NCBI GenBank assembly: GCA_965279045.1
Contig: CBDIHJ010000032.1
Location: 290-64,289, forward strand
Direction of reading: 5' to 3'
Origin: Henriciella sp.
GTDB taxonomy: Bacteria > Pseudomonadota > Alphaproteobacteria > Caulobacterales > Hyphomonadaceae
Length of the DNA stretch: 64,000 bases
Below, piece by piece: positions 10,317-19,097 of the stretch (its first letter is position 1; each line of letters opens with the position of its first letter). Under the pieces are notes generated by a model that worked only from the letters and a program-made list of their open reading frames with translations, was not told the origin of the DNA and made no database searches. Both the position numbers and the translations under genes were made by a program.

Positions 10317-11234
10317 ATGTCAACTCTAGCGACTGGGCTGATTGGCGTCGGTGTGTTCGGCGGCTATCACGCGGGCAAGATTGCCGCCTCAGATCATACA
10401 GACTTTGTTGGCGTGTTTGATCCGGATCAAGCGCGGGCTTCGGCTTTTGCCGACGATCGAGGTGTGCCTGCATTTCCGTCGCAAAATGCACTTCTGGATG
10501 TTTGCGACGCGGTCGTCATTGCGTGTCCGGCCACCTATCACGAAGACGTCGTCCGCGCGGCCTTAGAAGCCGGCTGTCATGTGCTCGTTGAAAAACCATT
10601 GGCGCTGACCGGGCATGCCGCGGACCAACTTGCCGCGTTCGCGGATGAGAAAGGCCTTGTCCTTCAAGTGGGTCATCAAGAGCGGTTTGTTCTCGAAGCG
10701 ATGGGTCTGTTTGAAATTCCTGAAACGCCGACACGGATAGAAGCTTGGCGTATGGGGCCTCCTGCACCCGATGGGCGCGCAGGGGACGTTTCGGTCATTT
10801 GGGACCTGATGACCCATGATCTCGATATGGTCGGCAAGCTCATGGGGCCCGCCTTAAGCGTTGAAGCCACCGGTCGCAGCGCCCATACGGCGCATATTGA
10901 TGAAGCCACGGCGCGCTTGAAATTTGCGATTGGCGCCGCCGAAGTCACGGCGAGCCGGTGTCACTCAGAACGCGATCGCCGCATGGTGCTCACCTATCCG
11001 TCCGGCGAAATCGCGATCAACTTTCTCACCCGTGAGATTGAAAACACCACACCTTTCCAAGTCAGAGTGGATGTCTCTGACACATTGCCGGATCCGCTCA
11101 GTGCGGCGGATGAGGCTTTCTTTGCAAGTGCGCTTGGGGCGCGCGCTTGTGCCATCCCGGGGCGGGAAGCCGCTCTCGCTGTTCACATGGCCGAACAAGC
11201 AGAATTGTCGGCCCTTCACACAATAGGAGCCTGA
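10317..11234 (+). CDS. Gfo/Idh/MocA family oxidoreductase (GnnA/WbpB-like NDP-sugar 3-dehydrogenase)
   Basis: GLIGVGVFG Rossmann motif, HVLVEKP, VGHQERF, DVSVIWDLMTHDLD. Confidence 0.88.
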   Translation: MSTLATGLIGVGVFGGYHAGKIAASDHTDFVGVFDPDQARASAFADDRGVPAFPSQNALLDVCDAVVIACPATYHEDVVRAALEAGCHVLVEKPLALTGHAADQLAAFADEKGLVLQVGHQERFVLEAMGLFEIPETPTRIEAWRMGPPAPDGRAGDVSVIWDLMTHDLDMVGKLMGPALSVEATGRSAHTAHIDEATARLKFAIGAAEVTASRCHSERDRRMVLTYPSGEIAINFLTREIENTTPFQVRVDVSDTLPDPLSAADEAFFASALGARACAIPGREAALAVHMAEQAELSALHTIGA

Positions 11235-11237
11235 GCT

Positions 11238-12410
11238 ATGGCTTATTCTGATACCCAACCGTCTGTCTTGATCGATCTTCCTGCTGATGCCCCGATCCAG
11301 CTCTTCGACCTGAAGACCCAGCAAGCTCAAATCCGCCCTGCGCTCGAACAGCGCTGGATTGATATCCTCGATCATGGCCGCTTCATTGGTGGGCCTGAAG
11401 TGACGGAGTGTGAAGAGAAACTTGCCGAGTTTACCGGCGCCGCCGATGCGGTGGCCGTGGGGTCAGGCACCCAGGCCTTGGTGATGCCGCTGCTGGCCAT
11501 GGGCATTGCGGAAGGCGATGCGGTCTTCATTCCAGGGTTTACCTATAATGCGACGGCGAACGCGGTCCTCCTCTCTGGCGGATATCCGGTCATTGTCGAT
11601 ATCGACCCAAACACGTTCAATATGGATCCGGCCGATCTGGTGCGCAAAATCGATGCGGTCAAAGCTGAGGGCAAACTCACTCCGCGCGCGATTATGCCGG
11701 TCGACCTGTACGGATTGCCCGCCGATTATTCTGCCATTCAGGCTGTTGCAGATGCCCACGGCCTTCGTGTGATTGCGGACGGGGCGCAGGCTTTTGGCGG
11801 CAAGGATAATGGCCGCTGGATCGGCAATATTGCGGAGATTACTGCGACCAGCTTCTATCCAACCAAATCTCTTGGGGGGTATGGCGATGGAGGCGCGATC
11901 CTCTGTCAGGACAAAGATTTTGCCGAGCGAATGCGGTCAATCCGTTGGCATGGTACAGGCGACAATCGCAAAGAGTCGGTGCGGGTCGGCATCAATGGTC
12001 GTTGTGACTCAATCCAGTGTGCGGTTGTGCTTGAGAAACTCACTCTTTTCGAAGCTGAGCGTGAGCGCCGCATTGCTGCGGCGGCGATCTACAATGAGCG
12101 CCTGGAAGGCATTGTCGGCCTGCAGACGGCTTTAGAGGGACAAGAAAACGGCTACGGGCTCTACACGGTGCGCGTCCCGAACCGGACCGAGGTTCGCGCG
12201 AAGCTGTCTGATGCGGGCATTCCGAGCGGAATCTATTACGATATGGCGATCCATCAGATGCCTGCCTTTGCACACCTGGCGGAGCCTGGCAGCTTGCCAG
12301 TCTGTGAAGCCGCGGCGGAAGACTCATTGAGCCTGCCGATGCATCCATACCTGTCTGCTGGACAGGTTCACAAAGTCTGCGACGTGTTAATCGAGGCGGT
12401 TCAGGCTTAG
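11238..12410 (+). CDS. DegT/DnrJ/EryC1/StrS PLP aminotransferase (GnnB/WbpE-like)
   Basis: GSGTQAL, IMPVDLYGLPAD, IADGAQAFG, TSFYPTKSLGGYGDGGA (PLP lysine), LSLPMHPYL. Confidence 0.92.
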   Translation: MAYSDTQPSVLIDLPADAPIQLFDLKTQQAQIRPALEQRWIDILDHGRFIGGPEVTECEEKLAEFTGAADAVAVGSGTQALVMPLLAMGIAEGDAVFIPGFTYNATANAVLLSGGYPVIVDIDPNTFNMDPADLVRKIDAVKAEGKLTPRAIMPVDLYGLPADYSAIQAVADAHGLRVIADGAQAFGGKDNGRWIGNIAEITATSFYPTKSLGGYGDGGAILCQDKDFAERMRSIRWHGTGDNRKESVRVGINGRCDSIQCAVVLEKLTLFEAERERRIAAAAIYNERLEGIVGLQTALEGQENGYGLYTVRVPNRTEVRAKLSDAGIPSGIYYDMAIHQMPAFAHLAEPGSLPVCEAAAEDSLSLPMHPYLSAGQVHKVCDVLIEAVQA

Positions 12411-12412
12411 GC

Positions 12413-13102
12413 TCAAGCCTCCTCGATCAGTTCAATTCCTTGATTGCGGACATTGCCGACCGCGGGTCGGACGGCCCAGGCGTGCATGGAGTCGCTAGGG
12501 AACGGTTCGAACAAGTCCTCCACATCGCGTGATGAGGTATCGAGCCAGCGGTCATACTGGTTCGGATCTAGAATGACCGGCATTCGCGTATGCAGTCCGG
12601 CCATCAAATCGTTCGGGGTCGTGGTCAGGATGGTGAAACTGTCAATTTCAGAGCCATCAATCGTTGCTCGATCCCAAAGGCCTGCAAAACAAAACCACCG
12701 GCGATTGCGCAGACCGATCGCGAAGGGTGTTTTTTTGCCTTTTGGCCCTGTCCATTCGTAGAATCCGCTGACCGGGATCAGGCAGCGTTTATGCCGGAAC
12801 GCCCCGCGAAACGTATTCGACGTGGTCACGCCTTCGCTCCGGGCGTTAAAGGTCGAGAACTTTTTCTCGCTTAGCGGTTTCCGCCACCAGCTTGGCACCA
12901 AGCCCCACATGGCTGGCGCGAGATGGCGGGCGCCTTGAGGGACGCCTTCATCTTCGGTGGCCATCCGGACAATGGGAGCGATCTGTGTCGGGGCGATATT
13001 GTAAGCAGCCTCCGGGGGATCGATGCCCGCATACTCAAATAAGTTGAGATAAGAGTGATACTCTTCCCAGCTGACTTCATGCCTGAAAAATCGTCCGCAC
13101 AT
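12413..13102 (-). CDS. SOS response-associated peptidase (SRAP, HMCES/YedK family)
   Basis: Starts MCGRF (catalytic Cys2); YNIAPTQ, WGLVP, FNARSE, GFYEW, HTRMPVIL. Confidence 0.95.
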   Translation of the reverse strand: MCGRFFRHEVSWEEYHSYLNLFEYAGIDPPEAAYNIAPTQIAPIVRMATEDEGVPQGARHLAPAMWGLVPSWWRKPLSEKKFSTFNARSEGVTTSNTFRGAFRHKRCLIPVSGFYEWTGPKGKKTPFAIGLRNRRWFCFAGLWDRATIDGSEIDSFTILTTTPNDLMAGLHTRMPVILDPNQYDRWLDTSSRDVEDLFEPFPSDSMHAWAVRPAVGNVRNQGIELIEEA

Positions 13103-13142
13103 GCCGGTCCCCAAAATGGCTCGCTGGTCGCCACCATACCCG

Positions 13143-13238
13143 CATCCTGAGCGGAGTCGAAGGGCTGAGCGAAGTCTAAGGATAGGGAGGGCAATCGCGC
13201 ACCGCTCACGCGCATCCTTCGACTTCGCTCGGGATGAG
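13143..13238. repeat. Dispersed palindromic (REP-like) element, copy 1, with a partially duplicated left arm
   Basis: CATCCTGAGCGGAGTCGAAGG (13143), CTGAGCGAAGTCTAAGGATA (13165), then the inverted arm ATCCTTCGACTTCGCTCGGGATGAG (13214-13238); near-identical arms at 34713-34795. Confidence 0.85.
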
Positions 13239-13245
13239 CATGTCT

Positions 13246-14655
13246 CTAGTCGATACTGACCACGCGGTTCGGATTCAAGATCCCGTCAGGGTCGAGCGCT
13301 TTCTTGATTGCTTTCATCGTTGCCGTAGCCGCGGTGGGGCGGAGGGTTTCCAATTCATCGCGTTTCAAGCGACCGACGCCATGTTCGGCACTGATCGATC
13401 CACCGAACGCCATAGCTTGCCTGTGCACGATCTCAGTGATTTCAGCGGCGACATTGCTCAGAATTGGCACCGCAGCGTCTTTCGGTTCACACGCAGAATA
13501 GTGCAGATTGCCGTCTCCGACATGGCCGAACGCGACGATTTCTGCGCTTGGAGACAGATTGAGAATGTCGGCTTTGGTGGCGCTCAAGAAGTTCGGAATC
13601 TGCGAAATCGGCACCGACACATCATGGTTGATCGAGGTGCCATAGACCCGCTTCGACAGGGGAATGCTCTCGCGAATGGTCCAAAACCGTTTCGATTGGG
13701 TCAAAGATTCCGCGATAATCGCATCCTCGGCGAGCCCCTGTTCAAGGCCCGCTTCAAGCGCGCTTTCCATGAGTTCGCGGGCATGGCTTTCCTTCGCCAT
13801 GGAAATTTCGCACAGCACCCGCCAGGGCCAATCGGACGGATTCGGGTCCTGCACTTCGGGCATTTCCGTGCGTACCATCTCGATCGCATTGGTTGGAATG
13901 ATCTCGAAGCTGGTGACCGTATCACCCGCATGGTCGCGGACCAAAGCGAGCAGTGCGACAACATCTTCAGCGCTCTTACAACTGATCCAGGCTGAGCTGC
14001 GCGCAACTTTTGGAAACAGTTTCAAAGTCGCCGCCGTGATGATCCCGAGCGTGCCTTCAGCGCCAGCGAATAAGTGCTTTAAATCATAGCCCGTATTATT
14101 CTTACGCAAGCCAGACAGGCCGTCCCAAATCTCACCAGTCGGCAGCACCACTTCCAGTCCCAGGATCAAGTCGCGCATCATGCCATAACGTAGCACAGCG
14201 ACGCCGCCTGCATTGGTGGAGATCAAGCCGCCAATCGTAGCTGTGCCTTCAGAGCCGAGTGAGAGCGGAAACAGGCGATTGGCGTCGTCCGCTGCCTCCT
14301 GCGCAAAAACCAGCGGGGCGCCGGCTTCGATGACCAGAGAATTATTGAACGGGTCGACGCTTCGGATCGCCTGCATGCGGCGCAAGGACAGGGTGATCTC
14401 ACCATGCGGCGTTCCGGCATCAACCAAACCCGTATTGCCGCCCTGCGGCGTGATCGCGACCTGGTGTTGGCGGCACAGTTTGACCAAGTCAGCGACCTGC
14501 TGCGTGGACGATGGCAGTGCCAGGAAGGGTGTGTGACCGGTAAAGGTCCCACGCCAAGGGGTCGCCACTTCTTCCAAGCTTTCGGCATCCATCCGCCACC
14601 CTTTGTCGCCAAGGAGGGCTTTTGCATCGTCTAAAAATTCAGTCGGTAAATCCAT
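13246..14655 (-). CDS. FAD-binding oxidoreductase (D-2-hydroxyacid/D-lactate dehydrogenase-like, GlcD family)
   Basis: PQGGNTGLV, STNAGG, LRKNNTGYDLK, GAEGTLGII, FGHVGDGNLH, SISAEHGVG, LDPDGILNP. Confidence 0.93.
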   Translation of the reverse strand: MDLPTEFLDDAKALLGDKGWRMDAESLEEVATPWRGTFTGHTPFLALPSSTQQVADLVKLCRQHQVAITPQGGNTGLVDAGTPHGEITLSLRRMQAIRSVDPFNNSLVIEAGAPLVFAQEAADDANRLFPLSLGSEGTATIGGLISTNAGGVAVLRYGMMRDLILGLEVVLPTGEIWDGLSGLRKNNTGYDLKHLFAGAEGTLGIITAATLKLFPKVARSSAWISCKSAEDVVALLALVRDHAGDTVTSFEIIPTNAIEMVRTEMPEVQDPNPSDWPWRVLCEISMAKESHARELMESALEAGLEQGLAEDAIIAESLTQSKRFWTIRESIPLSKRVYGTSINHDVSVPISQIPNFLSATKADILNLSPSAEIVAFGHVGDGNLHYSACEPKDAAVPILSNVAAEITEIVHRQAMAFGGSISAEHGVGRLKRDELETLRPTAATATMKAIKKALDPDGILNPNRVVSID

Positions 14656-14670
14656 TCGGCGATCATACGA

Positions 14671-15603
14671 TCATTTCGCCGCGCGCGTAAGGCGGTCATT
14701 TATCCCTTCACCAAGCCCTTCTTTCGGGATCGGCGCGACGGCGATGCGGTCATAAGATTTGTCGAGATCGCGCAACATACTGAAGAGGTTCGACGCCGCT
14801 TCATGCAAGTCGCCGCGCTCGGAAAGGTTCAAAGTGGCTGGCATATCCCCGAAGCCAAGCAAGGCCTCACCGGCTTCGGCCTGACTTGCATTCAGCCTCA
14901 AACGCGCATTGGGGGCATAGTGACGAAGCAATTGCCCGGGGGATTGAGGCGCCTCGGGATTAAGCTCTGGACGGATCAGGCCAGGCCAGATCTCCTCAAT
15001 CCAGGCCGGGTCGAGACTGCCGGGTCTGAGCAGCGCAGGGCGTTCACCGCGTGCATCAATGATGGTCGATTCAATTCCAGCTGCGCAGGTGCCGCCTTCA
15101 AAGATGAGGTCCAGTTTATCGGCCATTTCTTCCATGACATGCGCCACTTTGGTCGGGCTAATCTTGCCACTCGGATTAGCGGATGGCGCGACCAAGGGGC
15201 CGCCAAACTCTCTGATCAATTCAATCGGAATAGCGTGGCTAGGCAGGCGCAGCGCGATGCTGTCTAAACCTGCGCGCGCAAGATCGCAGACCGTGCCCGT
15301 CGGCGCCACGTCGACCACAACGGTCAATGGGCCGGGCCAGTGCTCCTCGGCCAGCGCCAAAGCTTCGGGACGAAACACCCCTTCGCGTTGCGCCATGTCG
15401 AGATCGGAGACATGCGCGATGAGCGGATTGAAACTCGGCCGCCCTTTTGCTTCGTAAACGCGCGCAACCGCTTCCCCATTGGCCGCGTCACAGGCGAGGC
15501 CATACACCGTCTCGGTTGGCAAACCGATCACTCCGCCCGCGTGCAACACACGCGCTGCCAGAGCCAAATCCTCAGGCGCGATAGAGAGAATGCGCAAATC
15601 CAT
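14671..15603 (-). CDS. tsaC: L-threonylcarbamoyladenylate synthase (Sua5 type)
   Basis: PTETVYGL, KGRPSFNPLI, APSANPSG, ESTIID, SPGQLLRHYAP, plus the C-terminal Sua5 domain GLGEGINDRLTRAA. Confidence 0.95.
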   Translation of the reverse strand: MDLRILSIAPEDLALAARVLHAGGVIGLPTETVYGLACDAANGEAVARVYEAKGRPSFNPLIAHVSDLDMAQREGVFRPEALALAEEHWPGPLTVVVDVAPTGTVCDLARAGLDSIALRLPSHAIPIELIREFGGPLVAPSANPSGKISPTKVAHVMEEMADKLDLIFEGGTCAAGIESTIIDARGERPALLRPGSLDPAWIEEIWPGLIRPELNPEAPQSPGQLLRHYAPNARLRLNASQAEAGEALLGFGDMPATLNLSERGDLHEAASNLFSMLRDLDKSYDRIAVAPIPKEGLGEGINDRLTRAAK

Positions 15604-15627
15604 GTCGGGCTCTTATGAGCCTATGGC

Positions 15628-16332
15628 CTAAACCGCAACGCCAAACAGCCGTCCAACCAGGGCGGTGAGGGCCATGGCGACCGTCCCCCAAAACACGATC
15701 CGCGCGGCGGCTTTGAAGGGAGGTGCACCGCCAGCCCGGGCCGACATCACCCCCAAAACGGCGAGCCCGATGAGCGAAGCGCCCGCAATCGAAAAGCCGA
15801 CGATTTCGTGAGGGGCAAGTACACCAACTGCAACGGGTAGGGCGGCGCCGACTGAAAAGCTCAACCCTGACGACCAAGCGGCTTGCAAAGGCCGCGCTTT
15901 GGATAGGTCTGAAATCCCGAGTTCATCGCGCGCATGCGCTTCGAGCGCGCCTTCTCGCATCAGGACGTCGGCCACCTCGCATGCGAGCTCTTTGGAAAGG
16001 CCGCGCGCGACATAAATCTGCGCTAATTCGTTTAACTCTCCCTCCGGATCGTCCTCGAGGGCGCGGCGCTCTATTTCAAGATCGGCGTGTTCAATATCCG
16101 ATTGTGAGCTGACCGACACGTATTCTCCGGCCGCCATAGACAACGCGCCCGCCACCAAAGCGGCGATGCCGGCGAGGAGGATGTCCTGAGAGGAAGCGGC
16201 AGCAGCCGCCACGCCAATCATCAAACTAGACGTGGACAGTATCCCATCATTCGCGCCCAATACGGCCGCCCGTAACCATCCTGAGCGATGAATATAATGA
16301 TGCTCTTCGTGCGGCGTTGTCACAGTCGTCAT
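15628..16332 (-). CDS. VIT1/CCC1 family Fe/Mn transporter
   Basis: WLRAAVLGANDG, SMAAGEYVSVSSQ, AHARDELG. Confidence 0.95.
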   Translation of the reverse strand: MTTVTTPHEEHHYIHRSGWLRAAVLGANDGILSTSSLMIGVAAAAASSQDILLAGIAALVAGALSMAAGEYVSVSSQSDIEHADLEIERRALEDDPEGELNELAQIYVARGLSKELACEVADVLMREGALEAHARDELGISDLSKARPLQAAWSSGLSFSVGAALPVAVGVLAPHEIVGFSIAGASLIGLAVLGVMSARAGGAPPFKAAARIVFWGTVAMALTALVGRLFGVAV

Positions 16333-16372
16333 ATTTGGCTCCTTCAGGTCGCCATTTTGACGCGCATCGAGT

Positions 16373-17587
16373 TTAGTTCAAGCGTGACGCCTCAACCACA
16401 ACGTCAACGGTAATGTCTTCCGAGACCCAATCCGCGCCAGGATCGGAAGACTGACCGAGATCCAGTGTCGTGCGTTGGAACACGGCCTGTCCGGTCATTT
16501 CCGCGCGATCATCGGCGATGCTTAGCTCGAACGGGAAAGCTGCGTCGACTGTCAGATCTTTCAGCGTCAGCCGAGCGGTCGCACTGTAAGTGCCCGCCCC
16601 GGCGCTTTGAATGTCGAGGATCTCAACGCTCGCTGTCGGAAATGCAGAGGTGTTGAACCATTCAGCGGACGGGAGACTGTCCGTGTAGAGCTTCTGGTTG
16701 GCGGTTGCGCTGGCAGTTGAAACAGTGACGCGAACCTCAGCCTCATCCAGTGCATCAGGATCAAATTGAATCGCGGCGTCCCAATTGCTGAAACTGCCAT
16801 TGAACGGGTTGCCATCATGAATGCCAGAGAAGGCAATGGAGGATGCTTCAGGGTCGACTTGCCAATTCGGCTCGAACGCGGCTTCAGCCGACACTTGCGC
16901 CCCAGATCCGTTCACAGTCGATAAGACTGGGCCTGCGCCTGCGACAAGGATGAGGAGGCCGATTGCGCTGCCAAAGGCGGTGATGGCGCCGCGGCTTGGC
17001 TTGGCTTTCAAATTATCCGGTCCAAACAGGCCCGGTGCCATGCGTTTGATGACGCCATCCTCGGCGCCAAATTCATGCTTGATGGCGCCGGCAATGTGTA
17101 ACGCGATGAGCGCCACGGCGAGGAATCCGAGCACAGAGTGCGCCCGGTTTGCGGCACCGGCACCAGCTTCGTTTTTCAAGCCCTCAACAAAGGGCACGTC
17201 CGGCCAGCTAATAACGCCATAAAGGACCGTCGGGACATCGAGTTTTATGCTGACTGAGCTGTATAACCAGCCCGTTAAAGGCAAGCCGATCATGAGCGCG
17301 TAAATGCCGACATGAACCAAATGACTGACGGTCTTTTCCCAACCCTTCATGTCATCTGCAAGCGCTGGCGGCGGGTTCATGATCCGCCAAATGATGCGCG
17401 CCACCGTCAGCAACAAGATCGTAATCCCGAGGGACTTGTGAAACTGATACAAGGCATATTGTCCGGGAGCCCCGTCTGGCAGGTCGGTCATATACCACCC
17501 GCCCAACAGCATTCCGACAATCGAGATTGCGATGAGCCAATGCAGCACGATGGCCACGGTGGTGTATCGCTCAGATGGCGCGCTCAT
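16373..17587 (-). CDS. Cytochrome b561 (YceJ-like) fused to a YceI domain
   Basis: RY..VAIVLHW, HKSLG, H..IY, H...G....LHIAGAIKH heme ligands; C-terminal WQVDPEASSIAF...YceI beta-barrel. Confidence 0.9.
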   Translation of the reverse strand: MSAPSERYTTVAIVLHWLIAISIVGMLLGGWYMTDLPDGAPGQYALYQFHKSLGITILLLTVARIIWRIMNPPPALADDMKGWEKTVSHLVHVGIYALMIGLPLTGWLYSSVSIKLDVPTVLYGVISWPDVPFVEGLKNEAGAGAANRAHSVLGFLAVALIALHIAGAIKHEFGAEDGVIKRMAPGLFGPDNLKAKPSRGAITAFGSAIGLLILVAGAGPVLSTVNGSGAQVSAEAAFEPNWQVDPEASSIAFSGIHDGNPFNGSFSNWDAAIQFDPDALDEAEVRVTVSTASATANQKLYTDSLPSAEWFNTSAFPTASVEILDIQSAGAGTYSATARLTLKDLTVDAAFPFELSIADDRAEMTGQAVFQRTTLDLGQSSDPGADWVSEDITVDVVVEASRLN

Positions 17588-17590
17588 AGA

Positions 17591-18310
17591 TTATTCGTCC
17601 TGCAGGAATTCGCCCGAGAATTCGACGGTCACTTCATCACCAATGCTTGGGATTGCGGCGCCCATGCCGAACTCAGATCTCAGGACAGTGGTGCTGGCAT
17701 CAAAGCCGATCACATCTCGGCCTTCAAACCAAGGTGGATTGGCCACGCCATTATAAGTCACATCGAGAGTTACAGGTTGAGTCACGCCGAGCAGCGTCAG
17801 GTCGCCAGTCACCGTCCCCGAGAGATCGCCGGTTTTGGTCGCGCTGGTCGATGTGAAAGTGATTTCCGGGAACGCGTCCGCGTTGAGCCAACGCTCATTA
17901 CGCGAAATATCCTCGTTCCAGGTTTCGAACCCGCTATCCGCATGCCCGGCCTTATAGTCACCCGGGTAATTGGTTTCGACGGCAGCCGGGTTGATCGTGA
18001 AAGTGATGCTTGAGCTTTCAGGGTCTGCTGGATCAAACTCCAGATCCGCATCAAAATCGGTGAAGCTGATCCGATACTGAGAAATACCGCCCGCATGTCC
18101 GACTTTAACCGTCATGAAGGCATGCGTCTTTTCGAGAGAATAGGCGCCTGGCGCGACCTCAGCGAGCAGAGGGTGTAATTCCGCTTCAACGGTTTCTGTC
18201 TCCACGGGCGGCGTTTCTGCCGCGTCGATCGTTGGTGCGTCTGAAGCGCCGCCGCAAGCGGCGAGCGCCAGAGCGCCCGCGCCAGCGACCAGATAGGTCT
18301 TAAAGGTCAT
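17591..18310 (-). CDS. YceI family polyisoprenoid-binding lipoprotein
   Basis: Lipobox LALAAC; YSLEKTHA, FPEITFTST, GDLTLLGVTQPVTL, RSEFG. Confidence 0.92.
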   Translation of the reverse strand: MTFKTYLVAGAGALALAACGGASDAPTIDAAETPPVETETVEAELHPLLAEVAPGAYSLEKTHAFMTVKVGHAGGISQYRISFTDFDADLEFDPADPESSSITFTINPAAVETNYPGDYKAGHADSGFETWNEDISRNERWLNADAFPEITFTSTSATKTGDLSGTVTGDLTLLGVTQPVTLDVTYNGVANPPWFEGRDVIGFDASTTVLRSEFGMGAAIPSIGDEVTVEFSGEFLQDE

Positions 18311-18355
18311 AAGTGTGGTCCTTCTTGTTGATCACGCCAAAGGCGCGGTCGGACG

Positions 18356-18976
18356 TTATTCTTCGGCCTGGAGGAACTCGCCAGAAAACTCGATTTCCAC
18401 TTCGTCGGAAATCACGGCGGCGAGTGCGGTTGAGCCAAAATCAGAGCGCGTGATCGTGGTCGAGGCAGTGAAACCGATCACGTCGCGCTGACCAAACCAT
18501 GGTGGGTTGGCGACGCCGCCATAAGACACATTCAAAGTCACAGGCTTTGTGACGCCCAAGAAGGTCAAGTCTCCCGTGACCGTGCCTTCAAACTCACCCG
18601 TCTGTTCGACGGCGGTCGAGGTAAACGTGATGGTCGGGAATTCGTTGGCGTTCATGAACCGTGCATCGGTGCCGAGTTCAGTTTCCCATTCAACTTTCTT
18701 TTCCGGGTCCGGATAATTTGTGTTCAGCGCGGTCGGATTGATGCTGACGGACAGCTGAGAGTTTGCGGGTGTCTCAGCGTCGAAGACCAGATCCGCGTCG
18801 AAATCTGTGAAGTTCACGGTGTACCCGGAAATGCCATTATGCTGGACCGTCCAGGTCAAAAAGGCATGGGTTTTCTCAAGTTCGTAGAGGCCAGAGGCAA
18901 CGCCCTCTAGCGTAGGATTGGCGTGAGCTGGGAGGGTGGCCGCGAGCAGGCCAGCGGCGATAACGAGTTTGCGCAT
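18356..18976 (-). CDS. YceI family periplasmic protein
   Basis: Signal peptide MRKLVIAAGLLAATLPAHA (GGAG RBS); YELEKTHA, FPTITFTST, GDLTFLGVTKPVTL, RSDFG. Confidence 0.92.
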   Translation of the reverse strand: MRKLVIAAGLLAATLPAHANPTLEGVASGLYELEKTHAFLTWTVQHNGISGYTVNFTDFDADLVFDAETPANSQLSVSINPTALNTNYPDPEKKVEWETELGTDARFMNANEFPTITFTSTAVEQTGEFEGTVTGDLTFLGVTKPVTLNVSYGGVANPPWFGQRDVIGFTASTTITRSDFGSTALAAVISDEVEIEFSGEFLQAEE

Positions 18977-19097
18977 AAGTATCTCCGGTTTTTGAATGGA
19001 TTTACGCTGCGCCAAAAGGTAGCGTGGGATTTCTTCTTGGCCAGACGCAATGTACAAGAATGGGGATGATAACTCTTATGCCGGAGCCGCATGATCC

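Noticed and set aside
13143-13238. CRISPR interpretation of the repeated CTGAGCG.AGTC.AAGG units
   Set aside because: The arms are inverted, there is no regular spacer array, and there are no cas genes.
13234-13995. Long antisense ORFs (also 24..623, 17312..18013, 39193..39972, 47768..48502, 62943..63527)
   Set aside because: They shadow well-supported genes on the opposite strand, carry no recognisable motifs, and are expected in GC-rich DNA.
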